DNA of 59,712 bases, counting the filler, from Sphacelaria rigidula (lineage: Eukaryota), in NCBI GenBank assembly GCA_964200075.2. It is 5 parts of 5 records of this genome, joined end to end, with 100 filler letters (N's around TTAATTAATTAA, not from the genome) between each part and the next. Parts side by side here need not be neighbours in the genome. Positions count along the whole stretch, not along the records: positions 35,890 to 47,751 come from CAXNAA020004408.1; positions 47,852 to 59,712 come from CAXNAA020004409.1; 3 more parts are not named here. One strand, 5' to 3'. Position 1 is the first letter of the stretch; the number at the start of each line of letters is the position of its first letter. The notes beneath the pieces are model-generated. The model saw only the letters and a program-made list of their open reading frames with translations, did no database searches and was not told the origin of the DNA. This document shows positions 47,153 to 59,712 of the stretch, one piece after another. Both the position numbers and the translations under genes were made by a program.

Positions 47153-48096
47153 TCGGTTCTTCTTGTAAGATAGGTATAAATCAGCACGTCAAGCAATGAC
47201 GCTTCGGAAAGCGATGTCCAACTTCAGTCACCTGCGCAAATGGGTGACTCCCTCCACTCTTAACGCTTTGCCTCTGCCCAGCGAATCTTTCGTGGGACAC
47301 CGGACGTTAGGCGCAATCCGCAGCACTCTACATACGCTACACACAAGAGCAGGTCGTTTTCTCTCGGTAGCGATGCAGCGCCCAAAGCCAGCTACAGCAA
47401 GAAAGTAAAGCCGACAATCATTTATAAGCAACTGCAGCGCAACTAACTGTGTGCTATGGCGATAGAAGCAAAGCCAATGAGCAAGCTGGCAACGTACCAT
47501 GGACTGCTTGCAAACCACTGCGCCGGTGACGTTCGGCACATCCACCGTGCCGCTACTGCGCGCGAGAGGCCAAAACTTCTTCGCAAGATCCGATGCCTCA
47601 TGGTTGGCCACTGGGGTGTCTGCAACCTCAAATTTGGACGTGACAGATCTGGTGCAACGTCTGTAACGTCAAAATTTGTTGCAGGCACCCCAGTGGCCAC
47701 TGTGGCGAAATCACGCCGGCATGGTTGAGTATATAGTGGATCCTGGATGATNNNNNNNNNNNNNNNNNNNNNNNNNNNNNNNNNNNNNNNNNNNNTTAAT
47801 TAATTAANNNNNNNNNNNNNNNNNNNNNNNNNNNNNNNNNNNNNNNNNNNNGAATGATCAAAGCCACTCTCAATCGGATCATCTACTCTCAATCTCACGA
47901 AAAGACTGTTGATACCAGACAGTGAGTTGACGAATATGGCTCTAAACGAGAAACAAAAATAGAGGAGTAGAGATGTATAAATTTGATGTACTGTAGAAAT
48001 AGCCAAGCGCGAGCACTTCCTCGGACATATGTTCTGGATATGGAGCTGGAAACGGGGTAATGGGCCCATTCATCGATTGCTATAAAAATATGTTAA

Positions 48097-48356
48097 TCCT
48101 TGGACCGCGAGGAGGGTAGTCCGTCGGGGTCATGCACACCCTTTCCGAGTGAAGGTGATGCCGATTCAACGGGTGGTCTACTGTTATAACTGTCTCAGGG
48201 TTAAGGTCCGAGAAAATTATTTCTTCTGGCAGTTTCGGACGAAGTAAGGGATCAACCCTTTGACGGCGAGGTTAGATCACCTACTGAATCTGCATCAATT
48301 TCACTTGAAATAAGTATAACTGAACCAGATGGACTACCTGCTTCGCGTTCTAAGCA
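48097..48356. mobile_element. Two piggyBac-type mini-MITE copies (48097-48200, 48256-48356)
   Basis: TTAA-flanked (t)cctt...aggg unit carrying the family core tgatgccgattca; the second copy is inverted and more decayed. Confidence 0.65.
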
Positions 48357-49600
48357 TAAACTGGACTGAATCATGAATCGAAGAGCAAAAAACAACAAGC
48401 TTACAAAGCAGGATGCTCATTGGTCGCCAGGACATGACGCGGCGGGGTGATCAATCAATCTGCTTTTTTTGGACGCGTATTGCTTTGCTCTTCGCTCTTT
48501 TGTCAGCCGGATAAGATGTAGCCTGGATCAAAATGGATGAATATCTCCGAAATGAAAAAACTCCGGTGTGAAACAAAATCTCCGAAGACGGAGAATATCG
48601 GAAATGGAAAACATCTCCGAAGTGCCCATCCTGGAAACGACCCGTCCGAGGCATTACATTTGTCAAAACACACGATGCATCGTGTGGTTGCTTCATCTTG
48701 AACGAGACAAATATATCAACCTTCAGAGAGAATCGTGACGTAAAAGGGAGCTTAGCGACTGGCCAATGTTCAGCTACATGGGCGCGATCCGCTCCGTTCG
48801 ACGGAGAAACCATTCAGTGCTGAGGGAGTAGCAGCAATTTGAAGACTCTGGTGAGCTGTCTGTGGGGGGGGGGGGAAGGGCGGGTTAATGGCCGTCTGAT
48901 GTCGTTTCTAGTCAAAATGGGTTACAAAAACACATTTTTCTTCATGATATTGACCCCTGAAATACCCAAACAAATCACGGTACACCGGTATGCTCAAGTC
49001 CTCTGCCGTGGGCTATTGCGTGTCTCGATGGTAGCTCCAAAATGTGATGCGGTGCGACAAAAACAGTGGAGGGTATGCCTCATATTCTCACGACCGTTTT
49101 TGTGATTTTGTGTCGGCGGGTGAGCCGGTACATACACACAGTCTGGCCCTCTCTCACTCTGCGTCAAGTTGGCCAAAATGACTGTCGATACGAAATCGAG
49201 GTGGTGGCGTACTGTCGATTTCATATTCATAAACATTCCATAGGAGATGATAATGTAGGACCGTCCAGATAACAAAATAATTTTTAATTGTATGCTTGAT
49301 TTTGCACTCATAAGATTTAGTATTCTGAAAAACTCCCTCATTTTCCCTTCCGTTTCCCGCGGCCGGAAATGGAGAAACCGATTCCGACGTCAAGCCTCAA
49401 CGTTCAGAACAGGACGGCTCAATCTGGCTGTAAACTGAGGACGTATCTTGGCACAAACAACAAGACACGATTTATGAAATGAAAACTAAAACCGAAACCA
49501 GACCGAGTTCTGTCGTTGATCCACTGCCCTGATCTAGGGCGCGTTCATCCTACCGTAGCCAATTATTATTTTCCATGGGTAACAATTCTTGTTTCAGACC

Positions 49601-49652
49601 AACCCTAACCTAACCCTAGCCCTAGCCCTAGCCCTAGCCCTAGCCCTAACCC
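49601..49652. repeat. Interstitial telomere-like (CCCTAA/CCCTAG)n tract
   Basis: aaccctaacctaaccctagccctagccctagccctagccctagccctaaccc. Confidence 0.85.
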
Positions 49653-52600
49653 GAACGCAAGCTCAAGGTGCATCGAGAACCCTCGGGCGGGAGAGTGCAG
49701 AGGACGTTGTACAGGCAACGTTTGCATTAGAGTGGCTCAAAATGTCAGAACTCACAGCAACGCCGGAGGCGCTGGATTGGGCCAACGCGCATCCTGCGCA
49801 CGCCGCCCAGCACCTGAGACTGTGTCAGCCCCCAGAAGATCCGAATGAACTGAATGAAATCTGCTTCAACCATGAAAATTGCCGACGGGTTCGCGTAAAC
49901 TCTACTCCATTGCCTGACCGCAACCGAAGTGCTTTCTTTTTTGAAGAAACCGGGCCATATACTGGGCGGCAGCGGAAGTACGGCAATTGTCCTTTTACCC
50001 TTGATTTCAGGATTATTCCTTCCTAACATCCGCTCTCACACACCTGTTCTCCCGTATTTAGCCGAGATATGGAGCACACGTGCCTATAACAGCACACTTC
50101 ACCCTGAGGTGAAAAAACCTTGACAGTGCCACCACCGTTTGTGCTGTGAACGCCGCGCAAAGGTACACTCCCTAGCCTCTTGTACGTACTTTTTCGCGGA
50201 CGGTTTTTTTTTTGTCTGCTCCGAGAATGTTCCGTGTTTCCGCAGGTGCCCAGAATGGCTGATGGAAACATCCCACGTCATGGGTATGACGCGAGAAAAT
50301 ATCTACCCTTTTTGTCGGAAAAACGGTGTAAAGAGCCTTGCATGGTCATCGGGGCGTGTCAGAACACGAGTGTGGAGATGCAAACGTGTGCCTAAAATTT
50401 CAGGGCATACAACATCACCGCGTACGACAACTGCAGTGAAACACGCACACGGTTTATTGCATGGAGGGATAACCTGACAAAACCGGAATACAAGGCAGGT
50501 GCATCGTTCGAGTGCGCTTCGTTCTGGGTGAGCATCAGCAATATGTTCGAGCAGTTGTTGTTGCTGTTGCTGATAATGATGATGTTTTTGACGATGATGA
50601 TGTTGATGATGTGTACAATAGTCTTTCCGCCGATCGGCGCCGAAACAAGCACATCACACGTGGTTGAGTAAGAGACACCGTAACGGCTATCAAGCACTGT
50701 CTGCGGGGAAGTGTAACTATTATCTTGGTCATCGTCTCACACACGTGGACAAATGACCGCCGTTTTGCTACTGGTCGCTATGAGCCTAGATATCTCCATC
50801 ATATTATAATGCCTCAGACGAAGCATTTCCGCTGATGGCGTCATATGGAAATGAAGAATAGAGTTCGATTTTTGATCACAATTTGTGTGAAATTAGTGAT
50901 TGTGGGATTTGGACTTTGGGGGTGTTTTCCCTGAGACATGCGGAGGATACAGGATACGCTCTGAGATCATCTATTTGGTTGCTTTTCTCCTTCACCACTG
51001 TTGTTTTCGGGCCTTCTTGCGGGCTATCCTATCATCGTTCTTGACCTCAACCCTCACCCCACCGACAACAGACCGGGAATTGGGGCTTCCGACCTCCCGG
51101 CGCTTGTACATAGGACGGTGCGGGGTGCGCTGGCAGGCCCGGCACTCTGCCACTTACGTTGCAGAGCACCGGGCAGAGTATCAAGTGAGTGGTCCTGAAG
51201 CGACCGCAAGATTCGAAACCTTGGATGAGACTGAAACGAATACTAAGATGCTGTATAGAGACTGCTAGTATACGAGATAAATATATATGACGGTTGGGAT
51301 GCCAATCCCCACTGATTTCCGTGAAAATAAAAACAGCAAGATGCCGCAAAAATGGGCTAGGCCGCCACTCGTCCCTACCTTTCATTTTGATTGATTGTCG
51401 CATATTCTTGCCCTTTGAACAAAGTTAATTGCGGGAGCGACCGACCGATGATCATCGGGGGCGGGGGGCGTACTGGAACCAAGCGTTTAGTTGACTCTAT
51501 ATACTAGACCATTTTCAGAACATACAAACTAAGATTGGGCTCTTCAACGGCATACAAAGAGAAAAGTAGTTGCTAAATTCTATGCTCTGGTGGCCCCTCT
51601 CACCGCGAAGCTGTTCATTCTTTGAGTCCAAGTGTGTTTACCATTTTACTGCTTTGTGTATTGGACTTTAGTCAGACGAATGTTTACGTGCAGTAAATGT
51701 GAATCTCTAGGTTCGAAACGGTTTGTGGTCAAAAAAAGGGTGAACTGTTTGGCCGCGAAGTAGTCCGTTCGAGTTAACGGATGGATGCCAATACAGTTGT
51801 GTATTGATTTTTGTACACGGTTGCTCCTACGACAGTAGTATAATAGTAGATATCCCACACGCGTCGCCGTCAAAGATATTCTTCACCACACTACATCCTA
51901 ATAAATAGTTAGGACAACGTGATAAATTTGATTCCGCCGCACTGAAGAAAGAATGACGATCTCAGAATCGGCTGAAGTAAAGTCACTGAGGCACGGAGAA
52001 ACGTTATCAAAAAAGAACACAAATCCCATCGTAAATCGAATATCTGCTCGCACGAGAGGCCATCAAGTTCATACCCCACCCCCCACCCGCCCCCCTCCCA
52101 ACGTGGGGCTGACACAAGAACGTCCTGGTTTTGAGTTGTGCACACACCGGTGATTCTTCCGTGGTGCAAGGCTTGATCTATTGGATGGTTGCTGGAAAAC
52201 GGAAATAATACAGTTTCGGCCGAGATATCTCGGCACTTCAGAAGGTGTAAAAAGCAGAAAGCGGCGGAGGAACGGAGGAACGGAGGGAGAGACAGAGTGG
52301 GGAGGAGGGGGGGAGTCAACTTGCGTTTTGTCGGGACCCCTGGGTAACCTGGGTGAAAGCAATACGAAAATCAATTTCTGTATAAGTACAAGTGCGGTGC
52401 GCATTGTGGTAGTTACCGAAACGTACGACAAACGAATCGCCAATCGGGCACAACGGCAAGTTTATTTTGCTTTGTCTGCTCGACAGCACCGCCGACATCA
52501 ACAAGGTCTTCGACGCCTCGAGTTCAAACCACACAGCGGGGAGACGCAAAGGGGGGCAGAAGCTACGAACACCGTCCTGTATTGTATTGAAGCCGCCCAG

Positions 52601-53079
52601 GATGATACTTTGGCATACAGGTGCTTCGGTCCTGCCACGCAGAGGCGATGGTGCTGACGTGTTCGACAGCAGGTACGCTACTGGGCGTTTCTTGTGAAAG
52701 TGGGTTGTGCTATAGAGGGGGTCGTGCGGTTCGGGATGGATGTTCGGCTGATTGACTGATATATTGTTGATAGATTGTCGCACATTAAGTGATGACAATA
52801 CCCGCGGGATCCGGCCGTGGTTACAAGATGAACGTACCCAAGGTTAACGAGGATGTGTGTCATGTAAACACTTTCCCCGCTACGTACTTGAAGTCGACAG
52901 GAATCCACCATATTTAGACCGACACGAGATGTTCGAAACGGGGAGGAATCCCCGTAACCCGGGAGAATTAGAGCAGGGCACCGTAACGCGCTGAGCGGCG
53001 CAGTGGGTCGGACTCTTTTACGGTCACCTTTTGACGGGAACAGTGTCATTGCATTTTGCCTGTCCTGCACTGTCACACG

Positions 53080-53142
<63 letters not shown>

Positions 53143-53166
53143 TCAGTCGATAATGACCGATGTTAA

Positions 53167-53368
53167 CCCTTAGACCGCGATGCGGGTAGTCCATCTGGAT
53201 TACGCATAATTTTTCAAGTGAAATTGATGCCGATTCAGCGCGTGACCTACCCTCGCGGTCAAAGGGTTGACCCTTGGACCGCGAGGTTAGTCTTCTGTTG
53301 AATCGGCATCAATTTCAAGTGAAAAAAAGTATGCATGATTCAGAAAGACTAATCTCACGGTCTAAGGG
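53167..53368. mobile_element. Inverted pair of ~100-bp piggyBac-type MITEs (53167-53266, 53271-53368); further copy at 54236-54332
   Basis: TTAA|cccttagaccgcga...tcgcggtcaaaggg|TTGA|cccttggaccgcga...tcacggtctaaggg|TTAA; ~14-bp TIRs starting CCCTT. Confidence 0.8.
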
Positions 53369-55630
53369 TTAAGGGGGGTTAGAACTGCGCCCGTCGTACC
53401 ACCTCGTCATGATCTCACGCCTACGAACCTGTATCCACTCAGGCGAGGCGGACGGAATCCGTGCATGTACTGTATGCACCTCGACAGCGCCTTGTGAATC
53501 TGCACTACTAAAACCAAGCTTACTTCGGTCCTGATTAAATTTTTGAGTACTTCTGGCGGCGCGGTGCGTGCAGCGCGGCAAGACTCCTTGCGGCGCAATC
53601 TGAAGTTTCACGCAGGGAGCTGCGAATGCGCAGGATGAAACGGTCCAAATATGACAGTTAGCATTGCCGATCTTCTCCTCGCTGCCATCTGTCACTGCTC
53701 ACTCTAGCCCTGTCCCCCTCTCACAGGGCTTGCAGTCAGTGATGAACTCTCAATATGGGAGGGGGGGGGGTATTGACCCACCGAATCGACCGCCTCCTTC
53801 CTAATCTTGCCTTGGCTCGAGATACGGCGGTTCGCCTCCCAGTTTGGGTTATGATTTTTTACGCGATTAGGAATGATGGAATCAATAGGCAGACGAGATT
53901 TGTGTGTGTGTGTGTGTGTGTATGTGTGTGTGTGCAAGCAGAGCCCATCACCATAAGCGTTTAAGAGTAGCATGGCCTTGTATTCGGTTGAAGTCCTTTT
54001 TGGCCATCAACCATGTTGAACCCTTTAGTGCCGGAGGTGTCTAATCGGCATCATTTTCGGTCCGTACCGAGTTGTATGCTACTCTGATACGCGCACATTA
54101 TTTTTTTGTATCATGCTGGGGGGGGGGGGGAGGCTGTTTTATCACACCTCCGGATGAATCAAACTATTGACCAGGGCGTAGGGACTCAACTATGAGCTAA
54201 GTACGTGTCGTATTCGTGTAAAACTACGATCTAAACCCTTTGATCGCGAGGGTGGATCATCTGGGCCATGCACTCATTTTTGATTAGAAATTATGCCGAT
54301 TCAACCGATTACTTACCTTGGCGATCATAGGTTTAATTGAGGTATTTCAAAATCGAGGTTTCGCGGTATATTCAACTGACCGTGAGCTACTGCCAAATAT
54401 ACCGGGAGCCTGGAACTTGGGATACCTCTGATGATGTTGATGATTCCGACAGTATTCTCGAATACCTTTGCACCAAAGATCCAGGGGTGATCCAAATACG
54501 TCCATTATAAACCCGGCTTGCCATCAAGAAACAGGGAGATGAGGAGCTGAGGGTTGACCATCATTTCTGCATACCAGAAGTTACTGAAAAAATCGAGCTG
54601 GAAAATGTATAATCAAGATCTGGGATGCTACCCACGCCAGGCGTGGAAAGAAGTGGGCTACATACTCTACGACAGGTCGCCAGGACTTCGCTGGTGAAAA
54701 AACAAATGTGGTTCAACTCGTGGCTGCGTTGTTGCTGTTGCGTCGAAGTCTCACACATGAGGTCGCTTTTATTGGGCTTTCGTGTTGCGATGCACATAAA
54801 GGAGATACGTTTACGTGCGCGAACTGGTCGACGGTTTTCATGGTTGATCGCAATTTGTTTTTGTCAAACCCGAAGGCTGATCCTAACCCCAACCGCAACC
54901 CGTGGCAAACCGAGAACCCTCACGTGAGGAGGGTAGGCATGACGTATTGGACAAAACGTGCGTTAGCAGGATTCAAAAAGGCGCCGATTCGAGCAAAAAT
55001 GCGTGCTTCGCTCCCTGGCAAGCACCTGGTACCACAAGCCTTCCGAAGATCCGAATGTGATGGACTACTCTGGAAACAAGTATTTTCAACCACGGAATTC
55101 GTCGACTGGTTCGCGCTGACTATTGAAGTGTAAGAGTTGTTCCCAGACTTTTCAGTCGTACAGTAGTGTTTTTTCAAGATGAAGTCGAGAAAATGTGCAC
55201 TGTAGATTTCTGGGTACTCGTATCACGACCTTTTTGTGCATGTATCATGCCCCCCCCCCCTCACCCAATAAGGCAATAGGGGAAGAAAAGAAACTTGAGT
55301 TGGATATAGTCTTGAAATCCCTCGAGTGGCCGCACAGATGGGTGACCAAGTCTGCTATTATGGATCGTTTCTCAAGCCAGCATGATGCCGATTCAGCAAC
55401 CCGTAAAACGGCGAAGGCATTGAAGCCTTGGCCTACCTTCGCGCTTCTTGTTGGCAGGTCGGGTCTGTTCACGGAGTGTTAGTAGAGAGAGGTAAAGGAA
55501 AACTCGTTCAAGTAGCAGGTGCATGATCTCGGACGCGGCGGATACCAGGACACGCTAACCTGAAACAAGGGAGAAACCAAACAAATATGGACGGGAAGAC
55601 ATACGGCAACCACCAATGTCGCAGTAGGAG

Positions 55631-55631
<1 letters not shown>

Positions 55632-55672
<41 letters not shown>

Positions 55673-55810
55673 ACCCACCGGCCGCAGCCCCAAACCCCCC
55701 CGCCCCCACAACACCGGGACGCACCCCCCCCCCCCCCCCCCCCCCAGTCACACGAGTAAGGCAAGCAACAAATGAGTACGCCTCCCCCCCCCCCCCCCTC
55801 TCTTGCCCCC
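55632..55810. repeat. Poly-C tracts (also ~9444-9605)
   Basis: Long homopolymer C runs; the 9.5-kb tract contains 10 Ns, suggesting sequencing difficulty. Confidence 0.9.
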
Positions 55811-57779
55811 TCGAATATCTTGGACGTGGGCGCTGCTGTGCACTATTACATGAGATCTTGAGCACTAGAGGACGTTTGATGTCAGACTGGCAACGGTATC
55901 GGAGAGCGTGACCATGCGTACGATGAACAGGTTGCAATCAGTGCATCACAATACGGACAATCGATAACCCCGACCAGGGCATACCTATAATGTACAATGA
56001 GTATGGTGTCGGTTCAATGCTGACACATTGGCATCATAATTCAGGGTATAAATCACAACACAGGAGTGATGCGACGGTAGAGGTGCACAAATATTTTCTG
56101 AGATTAGAATTGTTAGGAGCCCTTTATCTCATCCACAATACGACCTATGCAATATGTGAGAGTACGCCAGGATTACGGTTCCAATGTGCTAGGGATATCC
56201 CGAATGAATTTGCAAAAGGGGATGCCTTGACTCGTATTTTTGTGCATCGAAAACCGTCAGGAGCCCCTGAACCAGACGAGATTTCGCGCAAGAAGTGCAC
56301 CCCTACCGTAGCATTGCTGACAGGTACTACACTGCACTGCAGTGCCGTCTGCACCAGACAGACGACAACATGACATTGCAATTGGAATCAATCTTTACTT
56401 TTAGCCGGGAAAACAAAACAAAAATCCAACTTATGATACAACAGTACAGCTACGTTCGACTGTTAGCTACGCACGCACGGCTTGGTTTGGCGGATGAGAT
56501 TATTTGAAATACATGTGGCGACGTGTTGGGTCGCCACGGAGCAAATTCAATAGACGGTTTTCAGCGAAGCGGTCATTTTGCAAGGTTGTTTTCTGTAGGG
56601 TGTATCCTGACGTGGGGGAGTTTTGATTGATATACTGAACGATACCGAAATGTGTACCGAACATCTGGGTATGGTTCAACAGGCTGCCGAGCTCCGAACA
56701 CTCCGTTACGGTCCGGAAGCCGGAAGGGGTATTTACCGACTAAAAACCTCTTTTACACTTGTGTAAATACCCTATTGATAACTTCAGCCGGCATACCTAC
56801 AGAACACAACCTTGTTTTTTGCACATAGTGCCAGTGGCCGATCTAGAATCTATCCGTGCTGTCTTAACCCTCGCTGGGTGAATACAGCATGTACGTTTTC
56901 GTGTGTTAGTCGTAGGCTCACACTGCCTTACTCTAGTGTGTGCCGTAGCTGGTCATTCTGTCGGTCAAAACAGGTCGCGCAGGCACCGAGGCCGTCAACA
57001 ATTCCTACGAGCTGGGCCAGCTTGAAAGCGGCTACACGTTGTCCACACGACAGCTTTCCCAGTTTCCCGAATTAACCCGATGTAAGCATATCACTGTGAA
57101 GTGCAGACCAACCTGGTAACACACGGCACCGCCGCTGAATATAAAAAAAAATGAAAAAATATACTGCATAATATATGACCTTAACGACGGACGAAAAAAG
57201 AGAAAATGTCGGGATTCGAGCTCATGACCTCCATAGTTGGAGTCTCCCGTATCACTTGAAATATAGGGGCGCGGCTGTGTCACACAAAACGTTGCAAGCA
57301 CGGCCCAACTCGACGACTCTTGAGCTGAAATTTCACGAAGACCTTCTGCACCCAAGGAAATGATACATCGCGGGAGCAGCTACAGATGATAGTATTTTTA
57401 CTGGACTTGAGACGTTATCTTGTTTTTGCTGAGATTTCAAATCCCCATATCTTCCTTTTTTTTCCCTTTGTTTCTTTGCTGCTCTCGACATGTTCTGCAT
57501 GTCGATCATGATAAGCTGCTGTCAAAATTTCAGCGTCCAACTCCTAATTTTACGCTGTGCGTCGCCTGAGCGAGAAAACTACCCACTGTTGGCTGGCCCA
57601 GCTCGTACTCGTTGGGTACATTGCGATATATGCCGCTGGCTGCGGCATTCACCGTAGGCTGTCGACACCTTTACACGCTCCCCATAAAGTGTTGGGAAGG
57701 CGTCACCTGCATGAGACCAAGAATCTTAACAAACGACCATATACTTATGGTGGGGTAGGGTACGAACAAAGTTAGGTGT

Positions 57780-59310
57780 TTCGGGGTGTCAATACCTTGG
57801 GTAACCTGGACGCCTGAGTACTTTCGACAGTTAATGCCTTGGGTATCCTTGAATACGGAGTCGTTTTTGGCAGTCCGTGCCCTGGGTATCTGGTGTAGTC
57901 AGTACTTGTAGTCAGTACTTGAACTCAGTGTTCTGGATTCCGGATACAACACAGAGTATCTCGGCGATGGATACCCGAAGTACCATCCAGAATAATGAGT
58001 ACGTTCAACAAGGGGCACCCTCGGTACCCTGCAATACTTAGCACTCTCGACAGTCGATACCGTGGGTACGCTCGGGCCCTGAGTATTTTCGGCAGTTGGT
58101 ACCCTGCATATATATCCTGGAATAGGGCGTCTTTCAGCAGGTCATACCCCGATTTCCGGAATATTTGGTACTTGGAGCCAGTCCTGCGGGAACTAGACTA
58201 GCTGTTTCGAGTGTAGGTACCCTAGCGACCGGGACATACCCATTGCTTTCGGTGGTAGATACCCACCCTGGAGTGCAGGGCATGACGTCTGCCGTATTCA
58301 AGTAAGTCTTGCGTAGATACACCGAAAAATCGAGGCGTTTGCGTAGATACACCAAATCCATTATTTTCTCATATATTTTAACGTCGTATTCTTGATGAAA
58401 ACAGTCGAATAGGTTTCGGCTACCATTCTTCATGCCAGATACACAAAATTCAACTAGGTAACATTTTTGCAGGGTAAATAATCTGAACTTACTTGCTGTT
58501 ACCAGACAATTCGGTACATATTATTGTTCGGTATCTTTTGCGTATGTACCTTGGCATACTCAGTATCTTGGGGGTGTCGATACCTCGTCTACCCTGGAAT
58601 ACTAAGTACTTCCGGTGTACACCCTAGGTACCATATGATCCTAAGTATCTTTGGCGGTCGATACCCGGGGAACCCTGAAACAAGGGCATTTTCGGCACCC
58701 GATACCCTGGTTTCCCGGAGTACTGAGCACAAGTACTCAGGACGCCAGGCGCAGCATCGGGGATTCCCGCGGGGCGGGTACTCCAGGTACCCCCGGGCAC
58801 TCGGTAGTTTGGGCATCGTGTACCATAGTTGCTCCGAGCACTCAGTACTTGTACTCAGTACGCCAGTTACAACGCCGGGTATTTAGGGTGTGTGAACCTG
58901 AGGTACCCTGGAGTGTCCAATAGCTTCAGTCATCGGGGCCCCGCGTGTGTGTGTCGTGTGCTATTGCCATCCCATCTATTCTGAACGCCAGTCTACACCT
59001 TTCGGTATATGTGGGCGCATCAGCCGGGGTCGCACATGAGGAAGGTGAACATGAGAGTTTTGTCGTTTGTCTGTTTTAGCACTCCACTTTCTTTCTGCGG
59101 TGTACTCTGGATTGTTGTTGTTTCGGCTGACGATACCCGGGGCATCATAGAACACTGCGTAATTTCGACAGTCGATAAACTTGGTATGCTGGAATACTGC
59201 GTACTTTCGAGATCCTGCTCTTTGCGCCCCTGAAGTACTGGGTGTTCCAGATACCCTGAAACTCATCGAGGGTACTCCAGGGTACGTACCCCTTCACCTT
59301 TGGACAATAT
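57780..59310. repeat. Degenerate ~42-bp tandem satellite in three blocks (~57780-58270, ~58530-58925, ~59130-59310)
   Basis: By-eye consensus gataccctgggtaccctggaatactgagtactttcggcagtc; anchors at 57792, 57834, 57877 and ~57970, ~58014, ~58057, ~58098. Confidence 0.7.
58945..59105 (-). mobile_element. SINE 3' fragment inserted in the 42-bp satellite
   Basis: gccatcccatctattctgaacgccagtctacacctttcggtatatgtgggcgcatcagccggggtc matches the family core. Confidence 0.75.
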
Positions 59311-59454
59311 TTGGTATTTGAAGCACCTCAACGAGCTGGGTCGGCCAAGGTTCCGCCGCCACAGGCCACTAACGATGCGCGGCGCAATTTCCGAATTTCG
59401 GGGTGAAATTTTGATACCAGACAAACAACTCACGGCTCACCCTCGTAGGAATCT

Positions 59455-59491
<37 letters not shown>

Positions 59492-59712
59492 ACCCCATCT
59501 CCGAGCGATGCCCTTTCGTGGGCTATCTTCGACTCCCTTGAATAAGGACACGAAAAACACAGACAGATTATCTTGCGAGGGTAGGCCCGTGTCTTCATCT
59601 GATGTCAAAAGTTCACACACCAAATCGAACAATTGCGCCGCGCGAGTGATGCTACGGTAGGGGTACAGAAATAATTTCTGAGGTTAGAATTGTTAGGAGC
59701 CCCTTATCTCAT

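Larger units (their letters stand above)
48507..55129 (+). pseudogene. Candidate decayed multi-exon gene of unknown function
   Basis: Nine splice-site-bounded segments join in consistent phase (48507-48565, 48727-48850, 49142-49200, 50246-50283, 50404-50527, 51072-51184, 52487-52672, 54387-54675, 54970-55129) with 7 in-frame stops. The core 49142-50527 is stop-free. No family recognised. Confidence 0.4.

Noticed and set aside
48507-55129. Stop-codon reassignment or read-through explaining the in-frame stops
   Set aside because: All three stop types occur, and the two real genes in the window have no internal stops; decay is the simpler explanation.
57780-59310. CRISPR-like array
   Set aside because: Units are degenerate along their whole length, with no constant repeat/unique spacer pattern and no cas genes; eukaryotic context.
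273-59660. Most short ORFs in the supplied track
   Set aside because: Chance ORFs or antisense shadows in intronic and TE DNA, many with non-ATG starts; only those overlapping the exons and TE domains listed are supported.

Overview
Eukaryotic nuclear DNA, most likely a brown alga (Phaeophyceae). This is inferred from roughly balanced GC, short GT-AG exons in long TE-filled introns, and the TE types present. The window is not one locus: it is five segments of 11864, 11863, 11862, 11862 and 11861 bp joined by identical 100-nt N spacers carrying TTAATTAATTAA, i.e. length-sorted unplaced contigs. Segment 1 holds 8 exons of a ubiquitin-like-domain CTD phosphatase (UBLCP1; first exon not found). 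Segment 2 holds the 3' half of a chromodomain Ty3/Gypsy element inserted into a head-to-tail tandem of a ~5.36-kb non-coding LTR element. The shared LTR of that tandem is followed by a reverse-transcribed 3' half of a CCA-bearing tRNA and a duplicated LTR end/PBS. Segment 3 holds a decayed RTE-like LINE and the 3' exons of a Ulp1/SENP (C48) SUMO protease with about 650 residues between catalytic His and Asp. Segment 4 holds a tRNA-derived SINE, a defective Gypsy pol, foldback MITEs and a possible Harbinger remnant. Segment 5 holds piggyBac-type mini-MITEs, a possible multi-exon pseudogene and a degenerate 42-bp satellite. All calls are by-eye; no searches were run.
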